The position numbers and the translations under genes are program-made. DNA of 64,000 bases from a virus (Duplodnaviria > Caudoviricetes): positions 48,853 through 112,852 of IMG/VR virus record IMGVR_UViG_3300032038_000028; one strand, 5' to 3'. Of the stretch, positions 1 to 9,208 are shown piece after piece. The notes below the pieces were generated by a model that saw only the letters and a list, made by a program, of their open reading frames with translations, was not told the origin of the DNA and did not search any database. The stretch's first letter is position 1. Every line of letters starts with the position of its first letter.

Positions 1-576
1 GCCGACGATGGCGTAGTCGTCAATCATGTCGGCAGGAGGCGTCAAGTCGAACGTCAGGTTGAAGAAGGCCGGCTCAGCCCCGCCGCGGCTGTTGCTGTTG
101 ACGGAGAAGATGAAGTTCTGCATCGACTGCTTGACTTCGTTGTAGCTGAGCTTGTCCGCCTTGATGAACGGAGCAAGCAGGGTGTCGAAGCTGTTAAAAG
201 CAACGGCTCCCATGATCTCGTTCTGAAACACGGTGACCAGATTCGCGCACTGGTTGAGCACGGAATCAAAGTGCTTGGCCGGGGCGGATACGGGGATGTT
301 GGACACGCCACGGACGCCTTTATAGAGGATGTCCTTCAGGGAGTACCCGCAGCAGTACAGCGTCAGCCCGCCCAGATCGTGGATATGAATATGGCCATCG
401 ACGTAGGCCTGAGAGATGTACTCCGGGTACACCTCCCGGAGCCAGTAGTCCTTGCTGACCTCGGCGGTCATGTATTTGTTGAGCGCTCCGAAGGAAAACG
501 GGCTGTTGGAATTCTCCTTGGTGCGCCAGTCGGACTTCTTCAGGTACGCTTCGACGATGGCCTTGGAATTCTTCAT
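1..576 (-). CDS. nrdD: anaerobic (class III) ribonucleoside-triphosphate reductase, runs off the window edge
   Basis: Not in ORF track. Translated by hand from ATG at 576: MKNSKAIVEAYLKKSDWRTKENSN...GHIHIHDLGGLTLYCCGYSL...PAKHFDS...QNEIMGAVAFNSFDTLLAPF, typical NrdD motifs. Frame stays open to position 1. Confidence 0.93.
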   Translation of the reverse strand, partial: MKNSKAIVEAYLKKSDWRTKENSNSPFSFGALNKYMTAEVSKDYWLREVYPEYISQAYVDGHIHIHDLGGLTLYCCGYSLKDILYKGVRGVSNIPVSAPAKHFDSVLNQCANLVTVFQNEIMGAVAFNSFDTLLAPFIKADKLSYNEVKQSMQNFIFSVNSNSRGGAEPAFFNLTFDLTPPADMIDDYAIVG

Positions 577-582
577 AGTCGG

Positions 583-795
583 TCACTCCTTTTTATATTT
601 AGCCAGCCAGGCGAGGGCGGCAGTCTCATAGAGGATTTCTCCGTCGACCTCGATGGCCGGAACACTGTCAAGATTTCGGGCGACGATCTGATCTACGTCG
701 CTGATTTTTGTGTATTCAATGCCGCGCTTCTTCAGCATCTCGCTGAGGAAAGCACAGCGGTGGCATCCATCCACCCCGTACAGGATTACTTTCAT
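583..795 (-). CDS. glutaredoxin/NrdH-like redoxin
   Basis: 70 aa with CHRC motif and SVPAIEVDG cis-Pro motif; directly upstream of nrdD. Confidence 0.85.
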   Translation of the reverse strand: MKVILYGVDGCHRCAFLSEMLKKRGIEYTKISDVDQIVARNLDSVPAIEVDGEILYETAALAWLAKYKKE

Positions 796-1289
796 CGGTC
801 CTCTCCCATCCTTTTTCCAAATTCTACGATGCGCGGGTCGTTGCGGTTGTCGGAGAGACGCTCCTCGTCCGTGCCGTAAACAACCGGCTTCTGACGCTTG
901 GCATCTTCCGCCATCCGGTCAAGCACTTCGCTGACAAAATGGATGGCGCCGGCGATGTCCCACCGGGTGATCATTACGACGGCAGCAGCCAGAGGAGGAT
1001 CCAGCTCCTTGTCCCGGGCAAAGGCCACCGGGTCGATCTGCGGGGTATAATCCGCCCACTCCGTCTCCCGGGGGTAGGTGGTGTTGGTAACGAGCTTCTT
1101 CAGGTATTCGAGCGCCTTGCGCAGATCCTGTTCGAGCGCGTCCTTGTGCCCGGCCCGGACGAGATACTTGACGGCGTTGCCCCGCAGGAAATCCAACCGC
1201 CAGTCGGAGATGAAGTCCCAGGTTTCAATGGTTCCTCTCGTGTAGTACACGGGATGGGAGACCGCCTGCTCAATCTGCTGTGTCGTCAT
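792..1289 (-). CDS. DUF3310 (SaV/T7 gp1.7-like) protein
   Basis: VSHPVYY..G.IETWDFI...F..GNAVKYLVRAGHK...DLRKA..YL signature. Confidence 0.85.
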   Translation of the reverse strand: MTTQQIEQAVSHPVYYTRGTIETWDFISDWRLDFLRGNAVKYLVRAGHKDALEQDLRKALEYLKKLVTNTTYPRETEWADYTPQIDPVAFARDKELDPPLAAAVVMITRWDIAGAIHFVSEVLDRMAEDAKRQKPVVYGTDEERLSDNRNDPRIVEFGKRMGEDR

Positions 1290-1947
1290 TCTGATAAACC
1301 TCGCTTAAATGTTTATGCCGTCCGCACCCCTGCCGCTCCGGGCAGAAGGGATAGTCGGCGTTGATTTCACACTTGGGGACAAGGTACGGCCCGATCAACG
1401 GTACCTCTGCTTCGGCGGCAGCTGCCATCTCCCCGGCAAGCTCGCGGATTTCCCACTGGGCTCTGGTACATAGCCGCTCATGGCAGAAGTGCATCAGCTC
1501 CCGGGCGTTCATGGTAACCGTCAGCTCCGTCTCGCAGGCGTTGGGCAGGACGAAGCGGGCGTCTTCCGGCGGCATGCCGTAGTCGAGCAGGCGGCCGTAA
1601 GCGTTGCGGATGTAATCGATCACGTTGTTGTACAGCTGCCGGGCCGCATCGTTGTGAGCGATGGAGGGAGGGGTAACCACGCCGAAATTATTCTCTTTGC
1701 AGTAGCGCTGAGAGCGTACGGAAAAGCTCATCAGGCGGTGTCTGGTCAGCTGGGCCAGCAGGGCACGGCTGACGCCTTCGATACGGAAGGTAAAATTCAT
1801 GTGCTCCCAGACCGACAGGTGGCCGGTGCGGGCACAGGCTTTGAGGATCCGCCCGTCTTCGGACGGCTGGCTGTCATAACAGGTGGACGCCGCCTGCTCA
1901 CAGGTAGCGACCGGGTCGCTCGTGACAGCGATCAGTTCAACATACAT
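1270..1947 (-). CDS. thyX: FAD-dependent thymidylate synthase
   Basis: GHLSVWEH, RHRLMSFSVRSQRY (RHRx7S), EDARFVLP and AQWEIR motifs. Confidence 0.97.
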   Translation of the reverse strand: MYVELIAVTSDPVATCEQAASTCYDSQPSEDGRILKACARTGHLSVWEHMNFTFRIEGVSRALLAQLTRHRLMSFSVRSQRYCKENNFGVVTPPSIAHNDAARQLYNNVIDYIRNAYGRLLDYGMPPEDARFVLPNACETELTVTMNARELMHFCHERLCTRAQWEIRELAGEMAAAAEAEVPLIGPYLVPKCEINADYPFCPERQGCGRHKHLSEVYQNDDTAD

Positions 1948-2296
1948 CCCTTTTCCTCCCGGCAGAAGCCTGCATATCCAGTACGTTCAGCATATGACGC
2001 AGTGCTTTTCTGATGGTGTCCAGCTCAGCGTCGCCGTGCATCACGATCTCAATGGCAGAAGCACCAGCGTGATTTGAGACGTCGATAGACCACTGAGTGC
2101 TTCCCATATCTTCGAGGCGCAGATAGGTGCAGCAACCGGAATCGCCACCGTGGTATCCGTTTGTGCCGGCCTCGGCCTCCAGGATGTTGCAGTCTGCGAT
2201 CTCTGTGCCCCATGTCTGTACCTCGCAGCCGTCGACCAGACGGGTACGATTTACCAGCTGTTCCTGCGTCGTTGCAATGATTTCATTTTCAGTCAT
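1937..2296 (-). CDS. hypothetical protein
   Basis: Start moved to the ATG with an AGGAGG SD; overlaps the thyX start. Confidence 0.65.
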   Translation of the reverse strand: MTENEIIATTQEQLVNRTRLVDGCEVQTWGTEIADCNILEAEAGTNGYHGGDSGCCTYLRLEDMGSTQWSIDVSNHAGASAIEIVMHGDAELDTIRKALRHMLNVLDMQASAGRKRDVC

Positions 2297-2507
2297 GGTC
2301 ATGTCCTCCTGCTTTGTAATAGCTGGCGCAGATCTCGCCGAAGTCAGCGATGGATGCGCCGTAGTATTTATGTTTCGGGATTTCCCAGTTGATACAGCTC
2401 TGCTTGCGGTAACACCCGGCGACACAGTCCATGGCGCCGCAGTACGTAATGTCGTCCGGCCACGCTGGCGGCTCGGGCAGACGGAAATCAGTCATCGTTG
2501 TATCCAT
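2289..2507 (-). CDS. small Cys-rich hypothetical protein
   Basis: Packed between neighbours; ITYC..MDC..GCYR; start uncertain. Confidence 0.45.
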   Translation of the reverse strand: MDTTMTDFRLPEPPAWPDDITYCGAMDCVAGCYRKQSCINWEIPKHKYYGASIADFGEICASYYKAGGHDHD

Positions 2508-2706
2508 AATCTTCCATGTCATCCGGGACGCACCCGGACATTCCTTCTGCGTAATCCCACAGCTCTCCGCGGATATCTGTCCCGCGGGCGATGTGGTCGG
2601 AGATGAGCGCTGTGTACAGCAGGCGCTCAAGTTCTTCGTGCTCACGGATCTCTTTCTTCAGCGCTGAGACCGTGGGCGCGGCGCGCTGTGCTGGCAACGG
2701 CAGCAC
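2488..2706 (-). CDS. hypothetical protein
   Basis: GTG start with GGAAAGGGG SD just after the dnaE stop. Confidence 0.5.
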   Translation of the reverse strand: MLPLPAQRAAPTVSALKKEIREHEELERLLYTALISDHIARGTDIRGELWDYAEGMSGCVPDDMEDYGYNDD

Positions 2707-2721
2707 CCCCTTTCCAAGGTG

Positions 2722-5700
2722 TCAGCTGGCTTCTGCCAGCCTGTAACGGCACAGGTAGTAATATGTCCGCCCGTTGTAGGTCTTCGGGTACCATGAGTTG
2801 GTGTAGACCGGTTTGCCGCTGCCGGTCTCCGGGACGACGCGCAGGATGTCGCCCTTGGCGAACTGCTCCAGATAGCTGCCGTCCTTGATCGTCCACTCAT
2901 GGGTGCCACCGTCCTTCAGGCTGACTGCCGTAAAGGAGTAGGCCCACGGCTTGCCTGTCTTCTTGGACGTCAGGACGCGCACGTCGGACGTGACGTAGAG
3001 GAGAGCTTTGCCGTCGTTCCCCAGCGGTTCGACGTAGCCGAGGTACTCCATCTGGGCGCGGGCCCTTTCGGATGGCTTCGGCGGCGGGAGATGCTGAGAG
3101 CGGACATGGGCTTCGCACAGGGACAGGAGCTTCGGCATGTCGGTGATCGTCCAGCTCTTGAGCGTACCCGCCTTGCCCTGGTCGGTAGCGGCCGACTCAA
3201 TGATGCCCGACAGGCGGTAGGCTTCCACCTTGTCCTTGGCGACGCGGGTGAGCGTGCCCTTGTTGAGCTCGGTGAAGTAGGCGTTGATGGCGGTCAGCTC
3301 CGACGGATTGCCGAAGGCGGCGAAGAAGTCGAGCTGGATCAGGATGTCGAGCTGCAGGGAATTGAGGCTGGTCTCCTGGTCGATCACCTTCAGGACATCC
3401 ATGAAGGAAGCGTCCTGCGGCAGATGCTGAGCGGCTTCGTACAGCTGGTCAGCCACGTCTGCGTTCAGATGCTTGATGGACAGCAGCCCCTTGTAGATGA
3501 CGCCGTTTTCGGTATCGAACATGTAGTCGGCCCGGCTGTGGCCCCATCGTGGCGGGGAAACGGTGACGCCGTGGCTTCTGGCGTAGGCGATGACGGCCGC
3601 CGTCTTATCCGCCTTGTCGGCGTAGACGTTGAGCGCCGCCGCTACGAAGGGGAGCGGGTAGTGATAGCGCAGATAGCCGATGGCATAGCCGATCATTGCA
3701 TAGGCCAGGGCGTGGTTGCGGCTGAAGCTGTAGGAAGAGGCGTCCAGTATGGTCTGAATGAACGGCTTGACGATCTGCTGTGCCTTCTCCTTGGTGACGT
3801 CGTCGTAATGGGCCGGAGCGTATTCGACAAAGCGCCGCTCGATCTCCGGCAGAAGGGATTCCGTGCCCTTCTTCTTGGCGATGGCGCGGCGGACGCTGTC
3901 GGCTTCGCTGCCGGAGTAGCCGCAGAAGAGCTCCAGCCATTTCATAACTGTTTCCTGATAGGTTGCGAACCCGGCTTCGTCTGCGAGGAAATCATTCAGC
4001 GCCTTACAGCCGTTGTCGCGCACCTTCCCTTCCGCTACCTGATCACGGTAGGATGCGCTGCCGGGCCGGAGAAGGCCAGAGGCGAATGCGAACCAGTCGA
4101 TCATGCGGAAGCCAGGGTTGCGGGAGCGGGCCAGAGCGATGATGTCGGGGGACAGAAACTTCTTCAGATAGGCCGTGGCCTGTGCGGATTCAAACTGGAA
4201 GATGCAGGTCGTGTCTTCCCGGATGGACTGCCAGACCTTTGCGTCTTCCATGTCCATGTTGTCCGGCGTCAGCCGTTCGATGCCGGCGTAACGGCAGGCG
4301 CGGTTGATCAGGTCGTTGGAATCCAGCCCGAGCTCGTCCATCTTGACCAGATTCAGGCTGTCCAGCTCCTTCATGTTGAGGCAGGTGATGGGGTAGTTGG
4401 AGCCGGAGGAGGTACACAGACCGATCTCTGCGGCGACGTCGTGGTCGGTGACCAGCACGCCGCAGGGGTGAGACCCGTAGGAAACGACAGTGCCGCTGAC
4501 AATATCCACGTACTCAAACAGCTCCGGGTATTTTGCCCGCACCTCGTCCGGTACATTCCCATCTGCGTCCACCGCCTTGGTCAGCTTATCCACTTCATCC
4601 AGCGGCAGGTTGTCTGCCCGGGCGATGTCGCGGATGGCGCCCTTGGTGGCGATGGTGTTGAAGGTGATGATCTCCGCCGTCTGAATCCCGGAGAAACCCA
4701 TCTTGTCGTCCAGCAGATATTTCTTGGCCAGCTCCCGGTCTGCTTCGGCGTAGTCCACGTCGATGTCGGCGAGGGATACGCGCTCCGGGTTCATGAAGCG
4801 GAAGAAGTTGAGGCCGTACTCCATGGCGTCCACGTCGGTAATACCGGTGACGTAGGCACACATGGAGCCGGTGACGGATCCTCTGCCGTAGCCGGTGGCG
4901 ATGCCGTGTTCCTGTTCCCACATGTGCTGGTGATACTTGAGCGCCATGTAGGGGGAGGCGCCGCACTTTTCAAACACGGCCAGCTCCTCGTCCAGACGGC
5001 GGAACAGGGCTTCCCGCCCGTGCCGCTGCATGGCGTAGGGGTGGCGCTCCGCTGCCTGATACACTTCGTCCCGCCAGAGCTTCACCGGGTCGGCAAAGAC
5101 GTTGGGGTATTTGATGGAGCGGTCGACGGTGAAGGGCTCAATCATGTCGGCGAAGTGATTGGTCTCGTCGATGGCGGCCAGGAAGACAGCTTCGGGCAGG
5201 GAATTCTGAGCACGGTAAGCGTTGACCAGCTCGTCGTAGCTCATAAAGCGCAGGTTCCAGTCCGCTTCGTTGTCAAACCGGACGCCCTTGCCCTGCTGGA
5301 GCTTGACCCTGCCCCGGGCATGGCGCTCGTTGAGGGCGTGACTGTCTGTCCCGGCGATCAGCGGGATGCCATAGCGTTTGGAGTAATCCCACAGCTTCTG
5401 GTTGTACTGGGCCTGCTCGGCGACCAGATGGTGCTGGATCTCCAGCCAGCAGCGGCTCCTGTTTGCCCGCATGAAGCGGAGAAACCGCTCCTCGTCTTCC
5501 GACTTACCGTTGAGCGGGCCGCCCAGACAGGCGGAGGTGACGAGGATGTTGTCCGATGTCCCCTCCAGATCGTCCATGAAGATGCGGGGAACGTAGTAGA
5601 AGTGAGTGGTCTCCTTGCGCTCGAAGGAACCGGAGACCAGACGGTTCAGCTCCAGAAAGCCGTCGTAATTCCGGGCGTACAGGATGACGTGATAGTTGTC

Positions 5701-5949
5701 GCGCACCTTTTCCTCCGGGTGCATGGTGACATAGGCTTCCACGCCGTGCAGATACTTCATCCCGGCCTGCTCGACAGATTCTTTTTTGTGCAGCCACTCG
5801 TCGATGTTCCCGTGTTCCGAAAAGCCGAAGGCCTTTATGCCCAGCTCCGCCGCCCGGGCGGTGTACTGGTAGTACCGGGACACCGAGTCGATGTTGGTGG
5901 TGCAGTTGGACAGCATGGTATGTACGTGATAGGGGACGTAATTCTTCAT
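2722..5949 (-). CDS. dnaE: DNA polymerase III alpha subunit (C-family)
   Basis: PHP domain (HVH, EHGN, GVEAY, SACLGG, TDSH), GRGS, RFMNPER, catalytic DIDVD, KMDELGL, YSFSRNHALAY. Confidence 0.97.
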   Translation of the reverse strand: MKNYVPYHVHTMLSNCTTNIDSVSRYYQYTARAAELGIKAFGFSEHGNIDEWLHKKESVEQAGMKYLHGVEAYVTMHPEEKVRDNYHVILYARNYDGFLELNRLVSGSFERKETTHFYYVPRIFMDDLEGTSDNILVTSACLGGPLNGKSEDEERFLRFMRANRSRCWLEIQHHLVAEQAQYNQKLWDYSKRYGIPLIAGTDSHALNERHARGRVKLQQGKGVRFDNEADWNLRFMSYDELVNAYRAQNSLPEAVFLAAIDETNHFADMIEPFTVDRSIKYPNVFADPVKLWRDEVYQAAERHPYAMQRHGREALFRRLDEELAVFEKCGASPYMALKYHQHMWEQEHGIATGYGRGSVTGSMCAYVTGITDVDAMEYGLNFFRFMNPERVSLADIDVDYAEADRELAKKYLLDDKMGFSGIQTAEIITFNTIATKGAIRDIARADNLPLDEVDKLTKAVDADGNVPDEVRAKYPELFEYVDIVSGTVVSYGSHPCGVLVTDHDVAAEIGLCTSSGSNYPITCLNMKELDSLNLVKMDELGLDSNDLINRACRYAGIERLTPDNMDMEDAKVWQSIREDTTCIFQFESAQATAYLKKFLSPDIIALARSRNPGFRMIDWFAFASGLLRPGSASYRDQVAEGKVRDNGCKALNDFLADEAGFATYQETVMKWLELFCGYSGSEADSVRRAIAKKKGTESLLPEIERRFVEYAPAHYDDVTKEKAQQIVKPFIQTILDASSYSFSRNHALAYAMIGYAIGYLRYHYPLPFVAAALNVYADKADKTAAVIAYARSHGVTVSPPRWGHSRADYMFDTENGVIYKGLLSIKHLNADVADQLYEAAQHLPQDASFMDVLKVIDQETSLNSLQLDILIQLDFFAAFGNPSELTAINAYFTELNKGTLTRVAKDKVEAYRLSGIIESAATDQGKAGTLKSWTITDMPKLLSLCEAHVRSQHLPPPKPSERARAQMEYLGYVEPLGNDGKALLYVTSDVRVLTSKKTGKPWAYSFTAVSLKDGGTHEWTIKDGSYLEQFAKGDILRVVPETGSGKPVYTNSWYPKTYNGRTYYYLCRYRLAEAS

Positions 5950-6092
5950 GACTGCTCCTGTTGGTTGATGATGGGGTGTCTGGCGAACACTTCCTCCAGT
6001 GTCCAGCCCTGCTTATACATGTCCCAGACGTCAAAATACTGAAGGCCCGTCATTTCAGCCACCTGACGGATGGTGAATTCCCAGTCCGGCAT
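5946..6092 (-). CDS. small HTH-like protein (48 aa)
   Basis: MPDWEFTIRQVAEMTGLQYFDVWDMYKQGWTLEEVF, coupled to both neighbours; below the ORF-track cutoff. Confidence 0.55.
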   Translation of the reverse strand: MPDWEFTIRQVAEMTGLQYFDVWDMYKQGWTLEEVFARHPIINQQEQS

Positions 6093-8041
6093 CAGAAAGG
6101 CTCTCCTCCCTGTCCGCTCAACGTCAGGTACTTCTGCATATCGAAGAATGGAAGCTCGTCCTCATGCTCCTCCTTATCCCAGTTATAATGTTTCGCCAGC
6201 ATTTCCGGCGAATCATAGAAACGGCGGGACGGGATGTCGTAGAACAGCGGGATGATCTTGCCCAGAGCGCTTCCAAACCTGTCCTTGATGACGCGGAGCT
6301 GGACGTTGCAGTTGGTAAAGGGTTTTCTTCGCCCGGTCTTGCCGAGCTCCCGGTCTGAGTCCTGTACGCGGTACAGCGAGAAGATGCGGTGTGCCAGGTT
6401 GGCGCTGGACGTTACGCCGGACAGATCGAACAGATCAACCGGCCTGATCTCCATCATCTTCTTCGGGTGCAGGACGATCAGGAGAATGATATCCAGCCGC
6501 CGCGCCATCTCGACGCAGTCCCGGATGAAGACGTCCTGTTTGTGGTATTTGTTTTCCTCATTGGCTTCCAGATCCACGCTGGTCATGTTGTCCAGTACAA
6601 CTGTGCGGACACCGTAGCGTTTCACACAGGCTTCAATGGATTCCATGATGCGGGAAATCTGCGGAGACTCCGTATCCTTGTAGAAGTAGAGCTGGCCTTC
6701 ATAATACTGATTGATGCGCCTGCTGGCCTCCGGCTTGATACGGTATACCGTACGCCCGTCCTTCTGCTCGCTGATCAGGTTGGCCTGCCCGGCATGTACG
6801 AAGTCAATCCACGATTTAAGAAGTGGGTTGTTAAGCTCCCCGGAGTACACGAACGTCGGAAAACCCTGATCCACTGACTGGTTGATGATGGTGGACAGGA
6901 AGGAGCTTTTGCCGGAGCCGGTGATCCCAGTAATCAGATTGGTGGTTCCGCAGAACAGTTTGCCGATCGAAGAATCCAGCTCCTCGAATCCTGTTTTGAT
7001 GCCGTCCACGTCGTCCATGTTGAATTCCCTGACCTTGGTGTAGTCAGCGGCCGACATAATTTCCCGTTCCTTTGCGCTGTTGATGGCGTCGATGACGGCC
7101 TGCTTCCCGCCCCTGGCCAGCAGCTCGTTGAGATCCTTGACGTGATGCGGAACGCCGTTATCGTCCGTCCAGTGGTCGGGCACATCCACCACCTTGCAGC
7201 GGTATTCGCCAAGGCGCCGCGTAGCTTCCTTGACAAACTTCTGCCCGGCCTCGTCGTTGTCATGGATCAGGATGATCTCGGAAAACTGCTCCAGCCACGC
7301 CCAGTTCTGCGTGATGAACTGCAAATTTCCGTCCCCCATCGGGATGGATGTCGAGTTGGTGAACCCGCACTCATATGCGGCTGCGCAGTCGCCTTCTCCG
7401 CAGCAGATGATCAGGGGTTGGGTGATGTTGATGTGGTTCATATTGAACAGCAGGTGCATGGTGTCGCTCTTCATCCACCAGCACTTCATCTTGTCCACGC
7501 CCTTGCGGATAGGCCGGCTGGGCCGCACCTTGACGCAGCGGAGCACATCTTCCAGATCCCAGTAGCAGAAGCAGGTGTTGCCGCCGGTGTCCTGCATGAT
7601 ACCAAGAGCGTCGATGGTTTCAGGAGAGATACAGCGTTTCCGCCAGTAGGCGTAGACTTCATCCTTGTTGTCGGCCCATTCCGGCTTGGGGTAGGCGTAG
7701 TCCCGGTCGGTCGGGATGCCGCGGTAGGAGAAGTTGTGCGGCATATCAGCTTCCTGGAACAGCTTTTCGGCCGCCTGCAGGAAGGTATCTCCTGCGCTCA
7801 TCCATGCGTCGATGACGTCGTAGGTGGCATGGCATCCGAAACAGTAGAAGTTGTGGGCTCTCGGGTTATAGGAACAGCTTGGGGTGTCGTCGTGATGGGC
7901 AGGGTTGGGGCAGCACCCGATCCGGCGCTGAGGGTTATACTTTTCCAGCTTCATGACATCGGCGATGATCTCGGCATTCCGGTCGCCCAGACGCTCTTTT
8001 GCTTCTTCGATTCTTTCCCGGCTGATATTGGAGTCCATCAA
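6092..8041 (-). CDS. bifunctional primase-helicase (Zn-binding + TOPRIM + DnaB-like, T7 gp4/Twinkle type)
   Basis: CPNPAHHDDTPS..FYCFGC zinc finger; TOPRIM DNDEAG; Walker A GITGSGKS; VVLDN; LHPKK; KDRFG. Confidence 0.93.
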   Translation of the reverse strand: MMDSNISRERIEEAKERLGDRNAEIIADVMKLEKYNPQRRIGCCPNPAHHDDTPSCSYNPRAHNFYCFGCHATYDVIDAWMSAGDTFLQAAEKLFQEADMPHNFSYRGIPTDRDYAYPKPEWADNKDEVYAYWRKRCISPETIDALGIMQDTGGNTCFCYWDLEDVLRCVKVRPSRPIRKGVDKMKCWWMKSDTMHLLFNMNHINITQPLIICCGEGDCAAAYECGFTNSTSIPMGDGNLQFITQNWAWLEQFSEIILIHDNDEAGQKFVKEATRRLGEYRCKVVDVPDHWTDDNGVPHHVKDLNELLARGGKQAVIDAINSAKEREIMSAADYTKVREFNMDDVDGIKTGFEELDSSIGKLFCGTTNLITGITGSGKSSFLSTIINQSVDQGFPTFVYSGELNNPLLKSWIDFVHAGQANLISEQKDGRTVYRIKPEASRRINQYYEGQLYFYKDTESPQISRIMESIEACVKRYGVRTVVLDNMTSVDLEANEENKYHKQDVFIRDCVEMARRLDIILLIVLHPKKMMEIRPVDLFDLSGVTSSANLAHRIFSLYRVQDSDRELGKTGRRKPFTNCNVQLRVIKDRFGSALGKIIPLFYDIPSRRFYDSPEMLAKHYNWDKEEHEDELPFFDMQKYLTLSGQGGEPF

Positions 8042-8050
8042 ATCACCGCC

Positions 8051-8803
8051 TTATTTGTAGTCGCATACGGATCTGGTGTCGCAGAGGTTATGACAGAAGA
8101 ACCAGTCCGGCATGGGAAGGAAGACCTTGGAGTTCTCGATCCGCTTGATGCTGTCGATGGCCCAGTTGACGGCTTCTAGCTCGCCGGCTGCCGAATACGG
8201 TTCCTCGATACGGATGCCGGACTTGAAACAGTTGAAGACCAGCTTGGTCACCTGCCCGAACTTCAGCTCCCGGCAGGCATGGGCATATAAATAGAGCTGG
8301 CGCAGATACCGATCCAGCTCCTGATCCTTGATGGTGGGTTTGCGTTTGCCGGAGCGCGGCTGCAGGTCATGGCTCTTGTGATCCATGATGACCAGCCCGC
8401 CATTTTCACGGTAGAGCAGGTCGGCAATGCCGATGAAGCGGTACTTGCCGACATGGAATTTCAGCCGCTGCTCGACGCCGACGATGTCGTCCGGCGTGTA
8501 GATGTCCTGGGCGAAGTAGTTGAGTCCGCTGGTGAGGTAACGGCTTCTGCGTTTGGAATCCGTTTCCGGCAGGGTGATGAACTGGCGGATGAAAGTAGGG
8601 ATGATCTGTTCCTTTTGGATCTCGCCCTTGTACCAGCGCTCGTGAAGCTCGTGGACGAGGGAGCCGTAGGCGGAGAAGAAATTCTGTTCCCCGCGCTGGG
8701 CTTCCCCGTACAGATACTTCTGAGCGAAGCCCCACGGGCATTGCTCGAAGGACTGGAGTCTGGAGTAGCTCCAGACCCAGTCGTCAAAAAGTATGCTTGC
8801 CAT
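8051..8803 (-). CDS. PD-(D/E)XK (Cas4/RecB-like) nuclease
   Basis: WSYSRL..F.QCP, GSLVHE, GIADLL..IMDHKS, QLYLYA and C-terminal Cys cluster. Confidence 0.9.
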   Translation of the reverse strand: MASILFDDWVWSYSRLQSFEQCPWGFAQKYLYGEAQRGEQNFFSAYGSLVHELHERWYKGEIQKEQIIPTFIRQFITLPETDSKRRSRYLTSGLNYFAQDIYTPDDIVGVEQRLKFHVGKYRFIGIADLLYRENGGLVIMDHKSHDLQPRSGKRKPTIKDQELDRYLRQLYLYAHACRELKFGQVTKLVFNCFKSGIRIEEPYSAAGELEAVNWAIDSIKRIENSKVFLPMPDWFFCHNLCDTRSVCDYK

Positions 8804-8815
8804 GACGGCACCGCC

Positions 8816-9193
8816 TTAGAAGGGCAGCTCGTCGGTGTCTTCTTCCACTGCAGGAGCAGCCTTGGGCGCGGCAGCAGAAGACTTTGTTCCGGATCCACCC
8901 TTGCTGTCGGCCATCTCGAAGTCCCAGACGCAGAAGGTGTAGCGGTTGATTTTCTTTTCCTTGTCATACTGAGAGGTGACGCTGGTCTGCAGGAGCTTGA
9001 CGCGATCCTTCTCCTTCAGCTTCGCTGCTTTCCTGGCGGCGTCTCCGCTGAAGAAAGCGTAGTCACCGAAGTCGTTGATGTACTCGCCAGTCTTCTTGTC
9101 CTTATAGGACGTGGAAATACGGACCTTCATGGAAGATCCACGGGTAGGTTTGACTTCCCAGACGGTTGCAAAAGCGTTGTCACGAAATGCCAT
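8816..9193 (-). CDS. ssb: single-stranded DNA-binding protein
   Basis: OB-fold sized, acidic tail ending DTDELPF, in the recombination module. Confidence 0.85.
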   Translation of the reverse strand: MAFRDNAFATVWEVKPTRGSSMKVRISTSYKDKKTGEYINDFGDYAFFSGDAARKAAKLKEKDRVKLLQTSVTSQYDKEKKINRYTFCVWDFEMADSKGGSGTKSSAAAPKAAPAVEEDTDELPF

Positions 9194-9208
9194 AGTGCTG
9201 GTTCCTCC

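Noticed and set aside
320-586. 88-aa ORF in the track
   Set aside because: Wrong frame; the real gene is nrdD starting at 576
2899-6042. 1047-aa plus-strand ORF and other long antisense ORFs (8369-9820, 57659-59764, 60270-61823)
   Set aside because: Shadow frames opposite well-supported genes, expected from GC-rich third codon positions; no motifs or SD
8051-8803. Cas4-like nuclease as evidence of a CRISPR system
   Set aside because: No repeat-spacer array or other cas genes; it sits in the ERF-SSB recombination module
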